Shown: positions 16,358-26,300 of the stretch, one piece after another
Layout: every line of letters begins with the position of its first letter
Numbering within the stretch: the stretch's first letter is position 1
Origin: an uncultured Spirochaetales bacterium
Lineage (GTDB): Bacteria > Myxococcota_A > UBA9160 > SMWR01
DNA length: 64,000 nucleotides
Direction of reading: 5' to 3'
Assembly: GCA_964653555.1 (NCBI GenBank)
Contig: CAZZFT010000008.1
Span: 10,467-74,466 of the forward strand
The notes under the pieces: model-generated
Databases searched by the model: none
What the model saw: only the letters and a program-made list of their open reading frames with translations
Told to the model about the DNA's origin: nothing
Made by a program: the position numbers and the translations under genes

Positions 16358-16735
16358 CTAGGCGGCCTTCTTCTTGCGCCGCACCTTCGGCGGCGGCTGG
16401 ATCGCCTTCTCGAGCTGACGCAGCAGCTGGACCGTGGCGCGCCGAGCGCGCAGACTCTGCCGCCGCCACTCGCGCTCGCCCTGGGCCTCGAACTGGCCGA
16501 GGCGGTGGCTGGCCTCGCGCAGCACGCGCGCAGCCCGACGGCGCGCGTCGCGCCCGTCCTTCTCGATCCGCTTCTCGAGCTGAACGAGGCCGCGGCGCAT
16601 GCGGCGCGAGAAGTCGCGCAGCGTCGGCGGAAGCTCCGCCTCGAGCTGGCTCAGCGCCGGAGCGCGTTTGCCCGAGCGCTGGGTCTTCTTCTTGCGGCGG
16701 ACGGCTTTCTTCGAAGATCGGGATGCGGCTGCCAC
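16358..16735 (-). CDS. Highly basic Lys/Arg-rich coiled-coil protein (125 aa), function unknown
   Basis: GTG 16735 preceded by AGGAGGAA at optimal spacing. KKAVRRKKKTQRSGKR at the N-terminus, KVRRKKKAA at the C-terminus, heptad-like central region. Confidence 0.65.
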   Translation of the reverse strand: MAAASRSSKKAVRRKKKTQRSGKRAPALSQLEAELPPTLRDFSRRMRRGLVQLEKRIEKDGRDARRRAARVLREASHRLGQFEAQGEREWRRQSLRARRATVQLLRQLEKAIQPPPKVRRKKKAA

Positions 16736-16760
16736 AGTGGGTTCCTCCTGCTCGGGAGTT

Positions 16761-16777
16761 CTGCAAACCGCATGCCG
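16761..16777 (-). promoter_or_regulatory. Candidate sigma54-like (-24/-12) element upstream of the basic protein gene
   Basis: Reverse strand CGGCATGCGGTTTGCAG: GGCAT (one mismatch) and TTGCA at correct spacing, in the 43-nt gap between the ftsH stop and GTG 16735. Confidence 0.3.
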
Positions 16778-16778
16778 T

Positions 16779-18713
16779 TCAGGCCGACTCCCCCATCCGG
16801 TCGAACCACTTGTGCAGATCCGCCTCGCCCAGGGTCTCGTGCTCGAGCAGGTCGCGGGCGCTCTCCTCGAGGACGGCCCGGTGATCCGCCAGGATGGCGC
16901 GCGCCCGCTGGAAGGCGCCGTTCACGATCTCGCGCAGGGCGCAGTCGATCTCGCGCGCCGTCGCCTCGCTGTAGCGGCGCGGTCGCGGCCAGACGGCGTC
17001 GGCACCGCCCCCCGACCCGACGGGCTCGTCGTAGCTCACGGGTCCGAGCTCGGGGACCATGCCGAAGCGGCTCACCATGTTTCGCGCGATCTCGGTGGCG
17101 CGCGCCAGGTCGTCGGCGGCTCCGGTCGAGAGCTCGCCGAACACCAGGTCCTCGGCGGCGCGGCCCCCGAGCAGCACCGCGAGCTTGCCCTCGAGCTCGG
17201 CGCGGGTCATCAGATAGCGGTCGTCGGTCGGACGTTGGATCGTGTAGCCGAGGGCTCCGATCCCGCGCGCGACGATCGAGACCTTGTGCACGACGTCGCT
17301 GCCGGGCAGCGCCGCGGCGACGAGGGCGTGGCCCATCTCGTGGTGCGCGACGAACTCGCGCTCGCGCGGGTTCAGGATCCGGTTCTTCCGCTCCAGGCCC
17401 GCCACGATCCGCTCGACGGCGGCGGTGAAGTCGGCCATCGACACGGCTTCGGCGCTGCGACGCGTGGCGACCAGAGCCGCCTCGTTGACCAGGTTCGCGA
17501 GGTCGGCCCCGGTGAAGCCCGGAGTGAGCGCCGCGATCGTCTCCGCGTCGACGTCCGGGCTGCTGCGGATCTTCGGCAGGTGGACGCCGAGGATCGCGGC
17601 GCGGCCGGCGCGATCGGGCCGGTCGAGCAGGACGTGGCGGTCGAAGCGACCCGCGCGCAGCAGCGCCGGGTCGAGGATCTCCGGCCGGTTGGTGGCGGCG
17701 AGCAGCACGATCCCCGAGGTCGGGTCGAAGCCGTCGAGCTCGACCAGCAGCTGGTTCAGCGTCTGCTCCTTCTCGTCGTGGCCCCCGAATCCGCCCGCCG
17801 CGCCGCGCGCGCGGCCCAGCGCGTCGAGCTCGTCGACGAAGATGATGCAGGGCGCGTGGGTGCGCGCCTGCTCGAACAGGTCGCGCACGCGCGCCGCACC
17901 GACGCCGACGAAGAGCTCGACGAACTCGGAGCCGCTGATCGAGAAGAAGGGCACGCCGGCTTCGCCGGCCACGGCGCGGGCCATCAGCGTCTTGCCGGTG
18001 CCCGGCGGACCGACCAGCAGGATGCCCTTCGGGATGTGAGCGCCGAGCCGACCGTAGGCGGTGGGGTCGCGCAGGAAGGCGACCACCTCGCGCAGCTCGA
18101 TCTTCGCCTCGTCGACGCCCGCCACGTCGTCGAAGCAGACCTTCGTGTCCGACTCGACGTAGACCTTCGCCTTGCTGCGGCCGATCGCGAGCATCCCGCC
18201 CCCGGCGCCGAGGTTGCCGGCCATGCGCCGCAGCAGGAACATCCAGACGGCGAAGAACAGGGCGATCGGAACGATCCAGGAGAGCAGGGTCGGCAGCAGG
18301 TTGCTCTGGGGCGAGCTCGCGAACTCGACGTCGTGCTTGGCGAGCTCGGCCGCCAGCTCGGGGTCGACGCGCTGGGTCGCGAAGTGCGACTTTCCGTCGC
18401 GGGGCTCCTTGAAGCGACCCTCCAGCGTGTTGCCGCTCACCGTCACCTCGGCGATCTGGCCTTCGCCGAGCAGGGTCTGGAACTCGCTGTAGGGGATCCG
18501 GTCCACGTTCTGGGAGGAGACCCAGAGATCGCGCAGCATGAACACGCCGAGCAGGGCGAAGAGCACGTAGAAGATCTGGAAGTGGGGGCGCTCTCCCAGG
18601 GGCTTCTTCGCGCCGCGTGGCGCGGTGCGGCGAGCGGGATCCGACGGCTCGGTATCGGGACCGGGCCGGGCGCTCGGCTCCGTCGCCGGGCTGCGCGGAC
18701 GGCGCCACTTCAT
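16779..18713 (-). CDS. ftsH: ATP-dependent zinc metalloprotease FtsH
   Basis: Inner ATG 18713 (MKWRRP...). TM segments, Walker A GPPGTGKT, Walker [31 protein letters not shown], Zn motif HEMGHA. Confidence 0.96.
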   Translation of the reverse strand: MKWRRPRSPATEPSARPGPDTEPSDPARRTAPRGAKKPLGERPHFQIFYVLFALLGVFMLRDLWVSSQNVDRIPYSEFQTLLGEGQIAEVTVSGNTLEGRFKEPRDGKSHFATQRVDPELAAELAKHDVEFASSPQSNLLPTLLSWIVPIALFFAVWMFLLRRMAGNLGAGGGMLAIGRSKAKVYVESDTKVCFDDVAGVDEAKIELREVVAFLRDPTAYGRLGAHIPKGILLVGPPGTGKTLMARAVAGEAGVPFFSISGSEFVELFVGVGAARVRDLFEQARTHAPCIIFVDELDALGRARGAAGGFGGHDEKEQTLNQLLVELDGFDPTSGIVLLAATNRPEILDPALLRAGRFDRHVLLDRPDRAGRAAILGVHLPKIRSSPDVDAETIAALTPGFTGADLANLVNEAALVATRRSAEAVSMADFTAAVERIVAGLERKNRILNPREREFVAHHEMGHALVAAALPGSDVVHKVSIVARGIGALGYTIQRPTDDRYLMTRAELEGKLAVLLGGRAAEDLVFGELSTGAADDLARATEIARNMVSRFGMVPELGPVSYDEPVGSGGGADAVWPRPRRYSEATAREIDCALREIVNGAFQRARAILADHRAVLEESARDLLEHETLGEADLHKWFDRMGESA

Positions 18714-19651
18714 CGCGCGGCCCCGAAGAGGGAGCCCGGCCCGACCGGTGCGGGCTCGGCCCCGGTCCCGGTGTCGGCCGCGGCGAGCCTCCCGCACTCG
18801 TTCTCGCGTCCGCGCACGACGCGTCGCCCGGTGAGCGGGCCGTGCGACTCGGTCACCACCGTACACTGACCCGCGTCGCCGTTCCGCTCGTAGAACAGCA
18901 CCACCCAGTCGTCGGTGCGACCGAGCTGGTGGGCGCGCGCGGTGTTGGAGAAGAGCGCGGTGAAGTGCCAGCCGTCGCGCTCGGTGTGCAGGATCGGGAG
19001 CCACGCGCTGCCCTGGGGGTTGAAGCGGCGCGGCGCGATCCGACGCAGGCGTCCTGCGGCCGCCCGCTCGCGGTAGTCGGCGTCGACGGCCAGCAGGGTG
19101 GCGACACCGGGGCGCGGCGCCGCGGCGCCCTCGCGGACGAGCTCACCGCGCAGGGCGCGCCGCCGCGCCGAGCGCGCGAGCACCGACGCGAGCTGCTCGC
19201 GCACGGCGCGCACACGCCGCGGCCCGAACCCGCGCACCGACGCGAGGCGACCGTCGTGGGCGGCGGCCTCGAGATCCTCCAGCGTCTCGATGCCGAGCTC
19301 CTGGTGCAGGCGTCCGGCCAGCTCGGGCCCGATTCCCGCCACCGTCGCGAGCAGCCGCTCCGGCGACACCTCGCCCTCCAGCCGATCGAGCAGGGTGAGG
19401 GTCCCGCGGTGCGCGAGCTCCGCCACGTGGGAGGCGATCGTCGGCCCGATCGTGGGCAGGGCGTCCAGCGCCTCGACGCCACCCTCGCGCAGCACGTCGA
19501 CCAACGCACGGGGATGGCCGCGAATGGTTCCCGCGGCGCGCCGGTAGGCGTTCACGCGGTAGCGGTTCGCGTCCTGCGCCTCGAGCAGATCGGCCACCCG
19601 CTCGAGGACGTCGGCGATCTCCTGGTTCGTGACCAGACGCAGCGGAGTCAT
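18710..19651 (-). CDS. PolX-like N-terminal helix-hairpin-helix DNA-binding protein (no polymerase or PHP catalytic domain recognised)
   Basis: ATG 19651: MTPLRLVTNQEIADVLERVADLLEAQDANRYRVNAYRRAAGTI...LPTIGPTIASHV...VAGIGPELAGRL...VRGFGPRRV (Pol beta/X 8-kDa + HhH pattern). The stop overlaps the ftsH ATG (ATGA). Confidence 0.78.
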   Translation of the reverse strand: MTPLRLVTNQEIADVLERVADLLEAQDANRYRVNAYRRAAGTIRGHPRALVDVLREGGVEALDALPTIGPTIASHVAELAHRGTLTLLDRLEGEVSPERLLATVAGIGPELAGRLHQELGIETLEDLEAAAHDGRLASVRGFGPRRVRAVREQLASVLARSARRRALRGELVREGAAAPRPGVATLLAVDADYRERAAAGRLRRIAPRRFNPQGSAWLPILHTERDGWHFTALFSNTARAHQLGRTDDWVVLFYERNGDAGQCTVVTESHGPLTGRRVVRGRENECGRLAAADTGTGAEPAPVGPGSLFGAAR

Positions 19652-19716
19652 CACGGTGCCTGAGACGGATATAGCGCACCGGACGCTCCCGGCGATCCGC
19701 GCACCCACCGGCTGCG

Positions 19717-20247
19717 TCAGGGCTCCGCGACGGGTCGCGAGGCGCCGGCCGCAGACGGCTCGGCGGTCTTCGCCGCGTCCGGGGCAGAGCCCTTCGCCTC
19801 GGTGTAGGCCGACGCCGCGCCGTAGCGATAGACGAGCTGGCCCCCGAGATGCCCCGCCGCGACCGCGGCCGCGAGCACGATCGCCATCGCCGCCGTCGCG
19901 CTGATCCGCCCCGCGCGCCCGAGCCCACCGGCGAACAGGCCGGTCGCCGTCAGCAGCGCGGTCGCGGCGGCCAGACCGAGGAAGCGCTCGGCGGCCTCCT
20001 CGTGCTCCTCGATGTGCCGCTCCGCGACGACGCGCTCCACGCGCTCCTCCTCGTGGTGGCCCGTCTCCAACGCGGCCCACGCCGACAAGGCGAGCGCGAA
20101 CTGGAACACGACGACCGCCGCCCACGACCGCGCGGGCAGCAGGCCGCGCTGGATCGCGATCAGGAACCCGATCCCGATCAGGGGCATCAGGACGGCGAGC
20201 GCCACGGGCAGATGTACGACGGCCGGGTGGAGCGGATCGGGAAGCAT
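19717..20247 (-). CDS. DUF2231-like membrane protein
   Basis: ATG 20247 after AAGGAGG. MLPDPLHPAVVHLPVALAVLMPLIG... with 4 hydrophobic helices and a His/Glu-rich loop. Confidence 0.72.
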   Translation of the reverse strand: MLPDPLHPAVVHLPVALAVLMPLIGIGFLIAIQRGLLPARSWAAVVVFQFALALSAWAALETGHHEEERVERVVAERHIEEHEEAAERFLGLAAATALLTATGLFAGGLGRAGRISATAAMAIVLAAAVAAGHLGGQLVYRYGAASAYTEAKGSAPDAAKTAEPSAAGASRPVAEP

Positions 20248-20275
20248 GGTGGATGGCACCTCCTTTGCCGGAAGT

Positions 20276-20293
20276 CTTGCACGGCGCGTGCCG
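20276..20293 (-). promoter_or_regulatory. Candidate sigma54-like (-24/-12) element upstream of the DUF2231-like gene
   Basis: Reverse strand CGGCACGCGCCGTGCAAG: GGCACG plus GTGCA at correct spacing, about 30 nt upstream of ATG 20247. Confidence 0.25.
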
Positions 20294-20401
20294 GATTCGC
20301 GCCGCTGGCCGAGCGCGGCCGAGCGGCGGGAGGCCACTTCGCGCTGGGCCGACCCGCCCCGAGGCGTCGGGGCCCTGGGGTGCCGAGCCCCAGGCCGGTC
20401 C

Positions 20402-21021
20402 CTAGGCGAGCTCGACGCTCTCGCGGTACTCGGGCGCGTGGGCGGGGAAGCCGAGCTCATCCTGCACCAGGCGGCGCAGCGTGTCGGCGGGGACGGCCTC
20501 GCCGTGGGTCACGAACACGCGGCGCGGCGGGCTCTCGCAGGCGCGCAGCCAGGCGAGGATCCCCGCCTGGTCGGCATGGGCCGAGAAGATGTCGAGCTGG
20601 ATCACCTCGGCCTCGATCGGCACCTGCGCGCCGTGGATCTTCACCTGCTTCGCGCCGTGCACGATCGCATCGCCGCGCGTGCCCGGAGCCCGGCGTAGCC
20701 GGCGTCCTCCTCCTGGAGATAGGCGGCGTCGGGCAGCAGGATCTCGCACAGCGCGCGGGTCGGCTCCGAGCAGAGCACCGGGCCGGCGAAGCCGTCGCGC
20801 ACCAGCGCCGGCAGGTAGCCGCTGTGGTCGATGTGGGCGTGGGTCAGGAGCACCGCGTCGAGGGAGGCGGGGTCGACGGGCAGCTCGGCCCAGTTGCGCA
20901 GGCGCAGCGCCTTCACTCCCTGGTAGAGGCCGCAGTCGACCAGCACCCGGGTGTGGTTGGCCTCGAGCAGGTACTTGGATCCGGTGACGGTGCCGGCGGC
21001 CCCGAGGAAGGTGAGCTTCAC
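20402..21021 (-). pseudogene. Decayed beta-CASP MBL-fold metallo-hydrolase (RNA-metabolising type): internal deletion plus frame change
   Basis: The N-terminal ~111 aa (VKLTFLGAAGTVTGSKYLL...LLTHAHIDHSGYLP...LLPDAAYLQEEDAGYAG) run into a stop at 20641. The C-terminal ~95 aa (APGTRGDAIVHGAKQVKIHG...FSAHADQAGILAWL...VFVTHGE) are in another frame. Total ~207 codons vs ~450 expected for the family. Confidence 0.7.
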
Positions 21022-21914
21022 GCGTGCTCCTGGCCGTTGGGGTCCGGCGGCGGCGGATCGAAGATGGAGCGACCCCGTTCGGTGTACCAGTCCCGGATCC
21101 TGTGCCAGGTCTCCTCGGCGCTCTCGGCGGTGCAGAACAGCTCGCGGTCGCGGGCCTCGACCACGCTGCGCTCGACGAGGAAGTCGAAGTCGATCGCGCG
21201 CTGCCAGAACTCGCGGCCGACGAGCACCACCGGAAGCGGCGCGCGTTTGCCGGTCTGGATCAGGCACAGCGTTTCGAACACCTCGTCGAGGGTCCCGTAT
21301 CCCCCCGGCAGCGCGACGAGGGCCCGGGCGCGCTGCATGAAATGGAGCTTGCGCAGGGCGAAGTAGCGGAACTGGAAGTGCAGGCCGGGGGTGAGATAGG
21401 GGTTGGGCTCCTGCTCGCGGGGCAGCGTGATGTTGAGCCCCACCGACGCCGCCCCGACGTCGTGGGCGCCGCGGTTGGCCGCCTCCATGGCGCCCGGTCC
21501 GCCGCCAGTGACGATCAGCAGCCGGTGGTCCTCGGGCCCCTCGCCGCAGCGTCCGACCAGTTGACCGAGCTCGCGCGCGATCGCGTAGTAGCGGCTCTGC
21601 TCGACCGCGACGCGCGCCCGGTGCACCGCCCGCGCCGCCAGGGCGTCGTCCGGCCGCCCGGCCGCCCCGCGCTCCACCTCGGCGAGGCGCTCGCGGGCGG
21701 TCTCGGGCTCCAAGAGCCGGGTGCTGCCGAAGACCACGACCGTGTGCAGCACGCCGTGATCCGTGAGGGCCAGCTCCGGCTTCAGGTACTCGAGCAGCAG
21801 GCGGACCGGTCGCAGCTCGGGGCGGGCGAGCAGGGCGAGGTCGCGATCGGCCCTTCGGTGGGAGGGGCTCGCCATCAGGAGGGCGAGTGCGGCGTCCTCT
21901 TCGTCTTGGGTCAC
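21018..21914 (-). CDS. LOG family protein (TIGR00730-type Rossmann fold; nucleotide 5'-monophosphate nucleosidase-like)
   Basis: Motifs VVVFGSTR, IVTGGGPGAMEAANRGA, ALPGGYGTLDEVFE (PGGxGTxxE). Start set at GTG 21914; GTG 22001 is possible. The stop overlaps the GTG of the downstream pseudogene (GTGA). Confidence 0.85.
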   Translation of the reverse strand: MTQDEEDAALALLMASPSHRRADRDLALLARPELRPVRLLLEYLKPELALTDHGVLHTVVVFGSTRLLEPETARERLAEVERGAAGRPDDALAARAVHRARVAVEQSRYYAIARELGQLVGRCGEGPEDHRLLIVTGGGPGAMEAANRGAHDVGAASVGLNITLPREQEPNPYLTPGLHFQFRYFALRKLHFMQRARALVALPGGYGTLDEVFETLCLIQTGKRAPLPVVLVGREFWQRAIDFDFLVERSVVEARDRELFCTAESAEETWHRIRDWYTERGRSIFDPPPPDPNGQEHA

Positions 21915-22010
21915 ATTGGTCCTGAAAGGGGCGGCTCGCCCCAGGCGATCGGGCCGCGGCACGGCGTCCTCCCTTCCCGAGCGACGCCGCGTGCGGTCCA
22001 CCGCTTGCAG

Positions 22011-22026
22011 AGCAAGCTGGGTGCCC
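22011..22026 (-). promoter_or_regulatory. Candidate sigma54 (-24/-12) promoter reading toward the LOG gene
   Basis: Reverse strand GGGCACCCAGCTTGCT: GGCAC and TTGCT with exact spacing, in the divergent 128-nt region. Confidence 0.3.
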
Positions 22027-22041
22027 ACGGGAGGTGGCAGG

Positions 22042-23301
22042 GTGTCCGCGAAGCCGAACGTGACGGTCCTGGGAGGCGGGTTCGCGGGGCTCGAGACCGC
22101 GTTCACCCTGCGTCACAACCTGGGGGAGCGGGTCGCGCTGCGCTTGATCTCGGACCGCGACGAGTTCCTGTTCAAGCCCGACACGGTCTACATCCCCTTC
22201 GGCCGGGATCCGCTGCGCTGTCGGATCCCGCTCGCCGAGCCCCTGCGGCGCAAGCAGATCGACTGGGTGCACGGGCGGGCGCGCGCGATCGACCCGGAGC
22301 GCAAGACGGTCGAAGTGGGGAGGCAGAGCCTCGCCTACGACTATCTCGTGGTCGCGACGGGAGCGGAGATGCGACCGGGGGAGATCCCCGGCCTCGCCGA
22401 GCACGCCCACATCGTCTGGACGCCGGAGAACCTGATGGAGCTCGGTGCGGCCCTGGAGCGGGTCGTGCAGCAGGCGCGCGCGCGGCGCCAGCAGCAGATC
22501 CTGTTCGCCGTCCCTCCCAACAACCGCTGCGCCGGTCCGCTCTACGAGCTGGCCCTGATGATCGACACCTGGCTCCGCCGCGGCGGGGACCGCGATCCCG
22601 TGGACCTCGTCTGGACCACCTACGAGGACAGCTTCCTCCAGGCCTTCGGTCCGCGGCTGCACACCGTGGTGCGCGAGGAGTTCGAGCAGCGGGACATCGA
22701 GGGCATCCACAACACGCGCATCGAGGCGGTCGAGCCCGGCGTCGCCCACTACGACGGCGGCGTCGAGCGCTCCTTCGACCTGCTGATCACCTTCCCGCCC
22801 AGCGTGGCCGGAACCGCGTTCCCGGGACTTCCCGCAGACGACCGCGGCTTCCTCCGCGTCGAGCCCGCCGGCCGTCGGGTGAAGGGATCGGAGGACCTGT
22901 TCGCCGTCGGAGACGCGTCCAATTTCCCGATCAAGCAGGCGTTCCTCGCGCTGCTCCAGGCCGACGCGGCCGCGGAGCATCTCTCGGCCGAGCTCGAGAG
23001 CCGCGAGCCCGAGTTCGACTTCGAGCCGCTCACCCTGTGCGTGATCGACGAGCTGAACAAGGCGACCTTCGCCCAGGTGCCGCTGCGTTACACGGGCGAG
23101 CCGGACCATCCGATCGACGTCGACACGCGGGACGACGAGCACTACAAGGTCGGCGTGTCGCCGCTCTGGCGGGTGGCGAAGACGGCGCTCGGACTCTACC
23201 TGCCCTGGCGCTTCGGGCGCGGCGAGCCTTTCTACCAAGGGATGGCCTGGGAGGCGATGGACCTCGGCCTGAAGGTCATGGCGAAGGCGCTCGCCCGCTA
23301 G
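22042..23301 (+). CDS. NAD(P)/FAD-dependent oxidoreductase (sulfide:quinone oxidoreductase / NDH-2-like)
   Basis: GTG 22042 after GGGAGGTGG. VTVLGGGFAGLETA dinucleotide fold, LVVATGAE, second fold FAVPPNNRCAGPLYE, and FAVGDAS near the C-terminus. Confidence 0.85.
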   Translation: MSAKPNVTVLGGGFAGLETAFTLRHNLGERVALRLISDRDEFLFKPDTVYIPFGRDPLRCRIPLAEPLRRKQIDWVHGRARAIDPERKTVEVGRQSLAYDYLVVATGAEMRPGEIPGLAEHAHIVWTPENLMELGAALERVVQQARARRQQQILFAVPPNNRCAGPLYELALMIDTWLRRGGDRDPVDLVWTTYEDSFLQAFGPRLHTVVREEFEQRDIEGIHNTRIEAVEPGVAHYDGGVERSFDLLITFPPSVAGTAFPGLPADDRGFLRVEPAGRRVKGSEDLFAVGDASNFPIKQAFLALLQADAAAEHLSAELESREPEFDFEPLTLCVIDELNKATFAQVPLRYTGEPDHPIDVDTRDDEHYKVGVSPLWRVAKTALGLYLPWRFGRGEPFYQGMAWEAMDLGLKVMAKALAR

Positions 23302-23305
23302 GCCG

Positions 23306-26300
23306 ATGGACGCGCCGGAAACGAAGGGTCCGCCCGATCCGGCGCCCGCCGAGCGGCAACCGATCCTCGCCCGGGTGGTGGACGTGTTCCTGCGCGGACA
23401 CCTGCCCGTGTGGCTCCTGGGCGCGTCCCTCGTCGCGGGCGCCTTCGCGCTCGCGGCGACACCGCGCGAGGAGGAGCCCCAGATCGTCGTACCGATGGCC
23501 GACGTGTACGTCAGCGCGCCGGGTCTCGCCGTGGAGGAGGTCGAGCGGCAGATCGCGACGCGCCTGGAGAAGCTCTTCCTCCAGATCGACGGGGTCGAGC
23601 ACGTGTACTCGGCGTCGTATCCGGGGCGCGCGGTGGTCACGGTGCGCTTCTTCGTCGGAGAGGATCGGGAGAAGAGCCTGCTCCGGCTCCACGACAAGCT
23701 GCAATCGAACACCGATCGGATTCCCCCTGGCGTTCAGTCGTGGGTCGTGAAGCCGATCGAGATCGACGACGTGCCGATCCTGGTCGCGACCCTCTGGAGC
23801 GAACGCCCCGACACGGTCGACGACCACGCGCTGCGTCGGATCGCCGAGGAGCTCGAGATCAAGCTCCAGGCGGTTCCGGGGACGAACCGGACCGAGGTGG
23901 TCGGCGGGCGACCCCGCGCAGTGCGCGTCGAGCTGGACCCCGACGCGCTCGCCGGGCGCCGGACCTCGGCGCTAGACGTGGCCTGGGCGCTCGGGGTCTC
24001 CAACGTCCGTCGGCCCGCGGGAGACTTCGATCGCCTCGACGTCCACACTCCCGTCGAAGGAGGCGATTTCGCCACGGACGCGGACGCGCTCCGGCGGCTC
24101 GTCGTGAACGTGGTGGACGGCCTGCCGGTGCGCCTGGGCGAGGTGGCCCAGGTCGTCGACGGCCCCGCCGAGCGCGAGAGCTACACCTGGATCGGCTTCG
24201 GCCCCGCCGAGATCGAGGAGTCCGCGCGGGTGACCGACGGCGCCTTCTTCCCGGCGGTGCACGTGGCGGTCGCGAAGCAGCGCGGCACCAACGCCGTCGT
24301 CGTGGCGCGCCGGGTCGAGGCGCGCATCCGCGAGCTCGCCCCCGTGCTGCTGCCGGCCGGCGTCCAGGTGCGCATCACCCGCAACCAGGGAGAGACCGCG
24401 GACGCCAAGGTGAACGAGCTGCTCGAGGGGCTGCTCGTGGCGATCGTGATCGTGATCGGGCTCATCGCCTACAGCCTGGGCTGGCGCGAGGGGCTGGTGG
24501 TGGCCGTCGCCGTGCCGGTCACCTTCGCGCTGACGCTGCTGCTGAACCTCGCCGCCGGATACACGATCAATCGGGTCACCCTGTTCGCGCTGATCCTCTC
24601 TCTCGGGCTCGTGGTCGACGACCCGATCGTCGACGTGGAGAACATCCACCGCCACCTGCGCATGGGACGGGAGCCGCCCCTCGAGGCGGTGCGCCGGGCG
24701 GTGAACGAGGTCCGCCCTCCGATCCTGCTCGCCACCCTCGCGGTGATCGTGTCCTTCCTGCCGATGACCTTCATCACCGGGATGATGGGCCCCTACATGC
24801 GTCCGATGGCCCTCAACGTCCCGGTGGCGATGGCGATGTCGATGGTCGTCGCGTTCACGATCACCCCCTGGCTCGCCTATCACGCCCTGCGCCGCAGCGT
24901 GCGGGCCCGGCCGGAGGAAGAGACCGGAAGCGACGACGCGGCGCCCCTCTACCGCCTCTACGAGCGGGTGCTCGGTCCATTCCTCGACTCTGCGCGCGCG
25001 GCGCGCGCGCTGTTCGTCGCCACCGCGCTGCTGTTCGCGGCCGCCGCGGGGCTCGTCGCCCTGCGCGCGGTGCCGCTCAAGATGCTCCCCTTCGACAACA
25101 AGAACGAGATCCAGGTGCTGCTCGACGCTCCCGAGGGCACCACGCTCGAGCGCACCGACGCGACGGTGCGCAGCCTCGCAGAGGTACTGCGCCGGGCGCC
25201 CGAGGTGCGCGACTTCACGGTCTACACCGGCGTGGGATCGCCGATGGACTTCAACGGGCTGGTCCGCCACTACTATCTGCGGCGCGCCCCCGAGCTCGCC
25301 GACATCCGGGTGAACCTGGTGCCGAAGCGGCGACGCGCGATGCAGTCCCACGAGCTGGCGCTGCGCCTGCGCCGCGAGCTGGAGGCGGTGGCCGACGCCG
25401 CGGGCTCGCGCATTGCGATCGTGGAGGTGCCGCCCGGACCGCCGGTGCTGGCCACGCTCACGGGCGAGATCAGCGCGGACCCGGGGGTGCCCTACCCGGA
25501 GATCCGCCGCGCGGCTCGCGCCCTGGAGCGCCGTCTCCGCGAGGAGCCCGGAGTCGGCGACGTCGATTCGACGGTCGGGGATCCCTCCCAGCGGCTCGTG
25601 TTCGTCACCGATCAGGAGAAGGCGGCGCTCTCTGGCGTGGCCGTGGCGGACGTCGCTGCCACGCTCGAGGTCGCGCTCGCCGGCAGCGATGCCACCCAGC
25701 TCCACGTCCCGGGCGAGGTGAATCCGCTGCCCGTCCGCCTGCGGCTGCCGCGCGCGGCGCGCTCCGGTGTCGAGCCGCTGCTCGCGATCGCGGTGATGGG
25801 TCGGCCCGGCGTGGTCAAGGAGGTCGACGACGGGGGCGGCGTGCGCGACGCGCCGACGCCGATCGTGCGGCTCGGCGAGCTGGGCCGCTTCGAGGTCCGG
25901 CCCGTCGAGCGGCCGATCCTGCACAAGGACCTGCGCCGCGTGGCCTGGGTCTACGCCGAGCCCGTGGGACGCGCGCCCGCCGAGGTGGCCGCGGATCTGG
26001 CGGCCGACCTGTTCGATGGCGCGCCGCCCGTGTCGGCGGGGCCGCGCACCCCGCGGCCGCTCGCCTTTCGCACCTACCTGGCGAGCGGCGGCGGGCTCCC
26101 GTGGTCGCTGCCGCAGGGGACCCATCTCTCCTGGACGAGCGAGGGGGAGCTCGACATCACGCGCGACGTGTTCCGAGACCTGGGCATCGCCTTCGCCGTG
26201 GCCCTGGTCGGAATCTACGGGATCCTCATCTACCAGACGGCGAGCTACGCGATGCCCCTGATCCTGATGATCTCGATTCCACTGACGCTGATCGGCATCA

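Noticed and set aside
16651-18708. 685-aa minus-strand alternate-frame ORF within ftsH, and the 756-aa plus-strand ORF 16599..18869
   Set aside because: The FtsH frame (16779..18713) has Walker A/B, SRH and HEMGHA motifs; the other frames are Arg/Pro/Gly junk.
20254-20268. Perfect plus-strand sigma54 consensus TGGCAC-N5-TTGC
   Set aside because: It is the reverse complement of the SD/start region of the minus-strand DUF2231 gene (GGCAAAGGAGGTGCCAT), and no plus-strand gene lies downstream for 1.8 kb. It is kept as a caution that chance matches occur in this GC-rich DNA.
21993-22009. Plus-strand GCGGTCC-N-TTGCA sigma54-like site upstream of the flavoprotein gene
   Set aside because: The spacing is right but the -24 box (GGTCC) is a poor match to GGCAC, so it was not counted among the candidates.
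20641-23712. 1023-aa minus-strand ORF
   Set aside because: Only its last ~127 codons (the MBL N-terminal fragment) look real. The rest is antisense or alternate-frame to the LOG, flavoprotein and RND genes.
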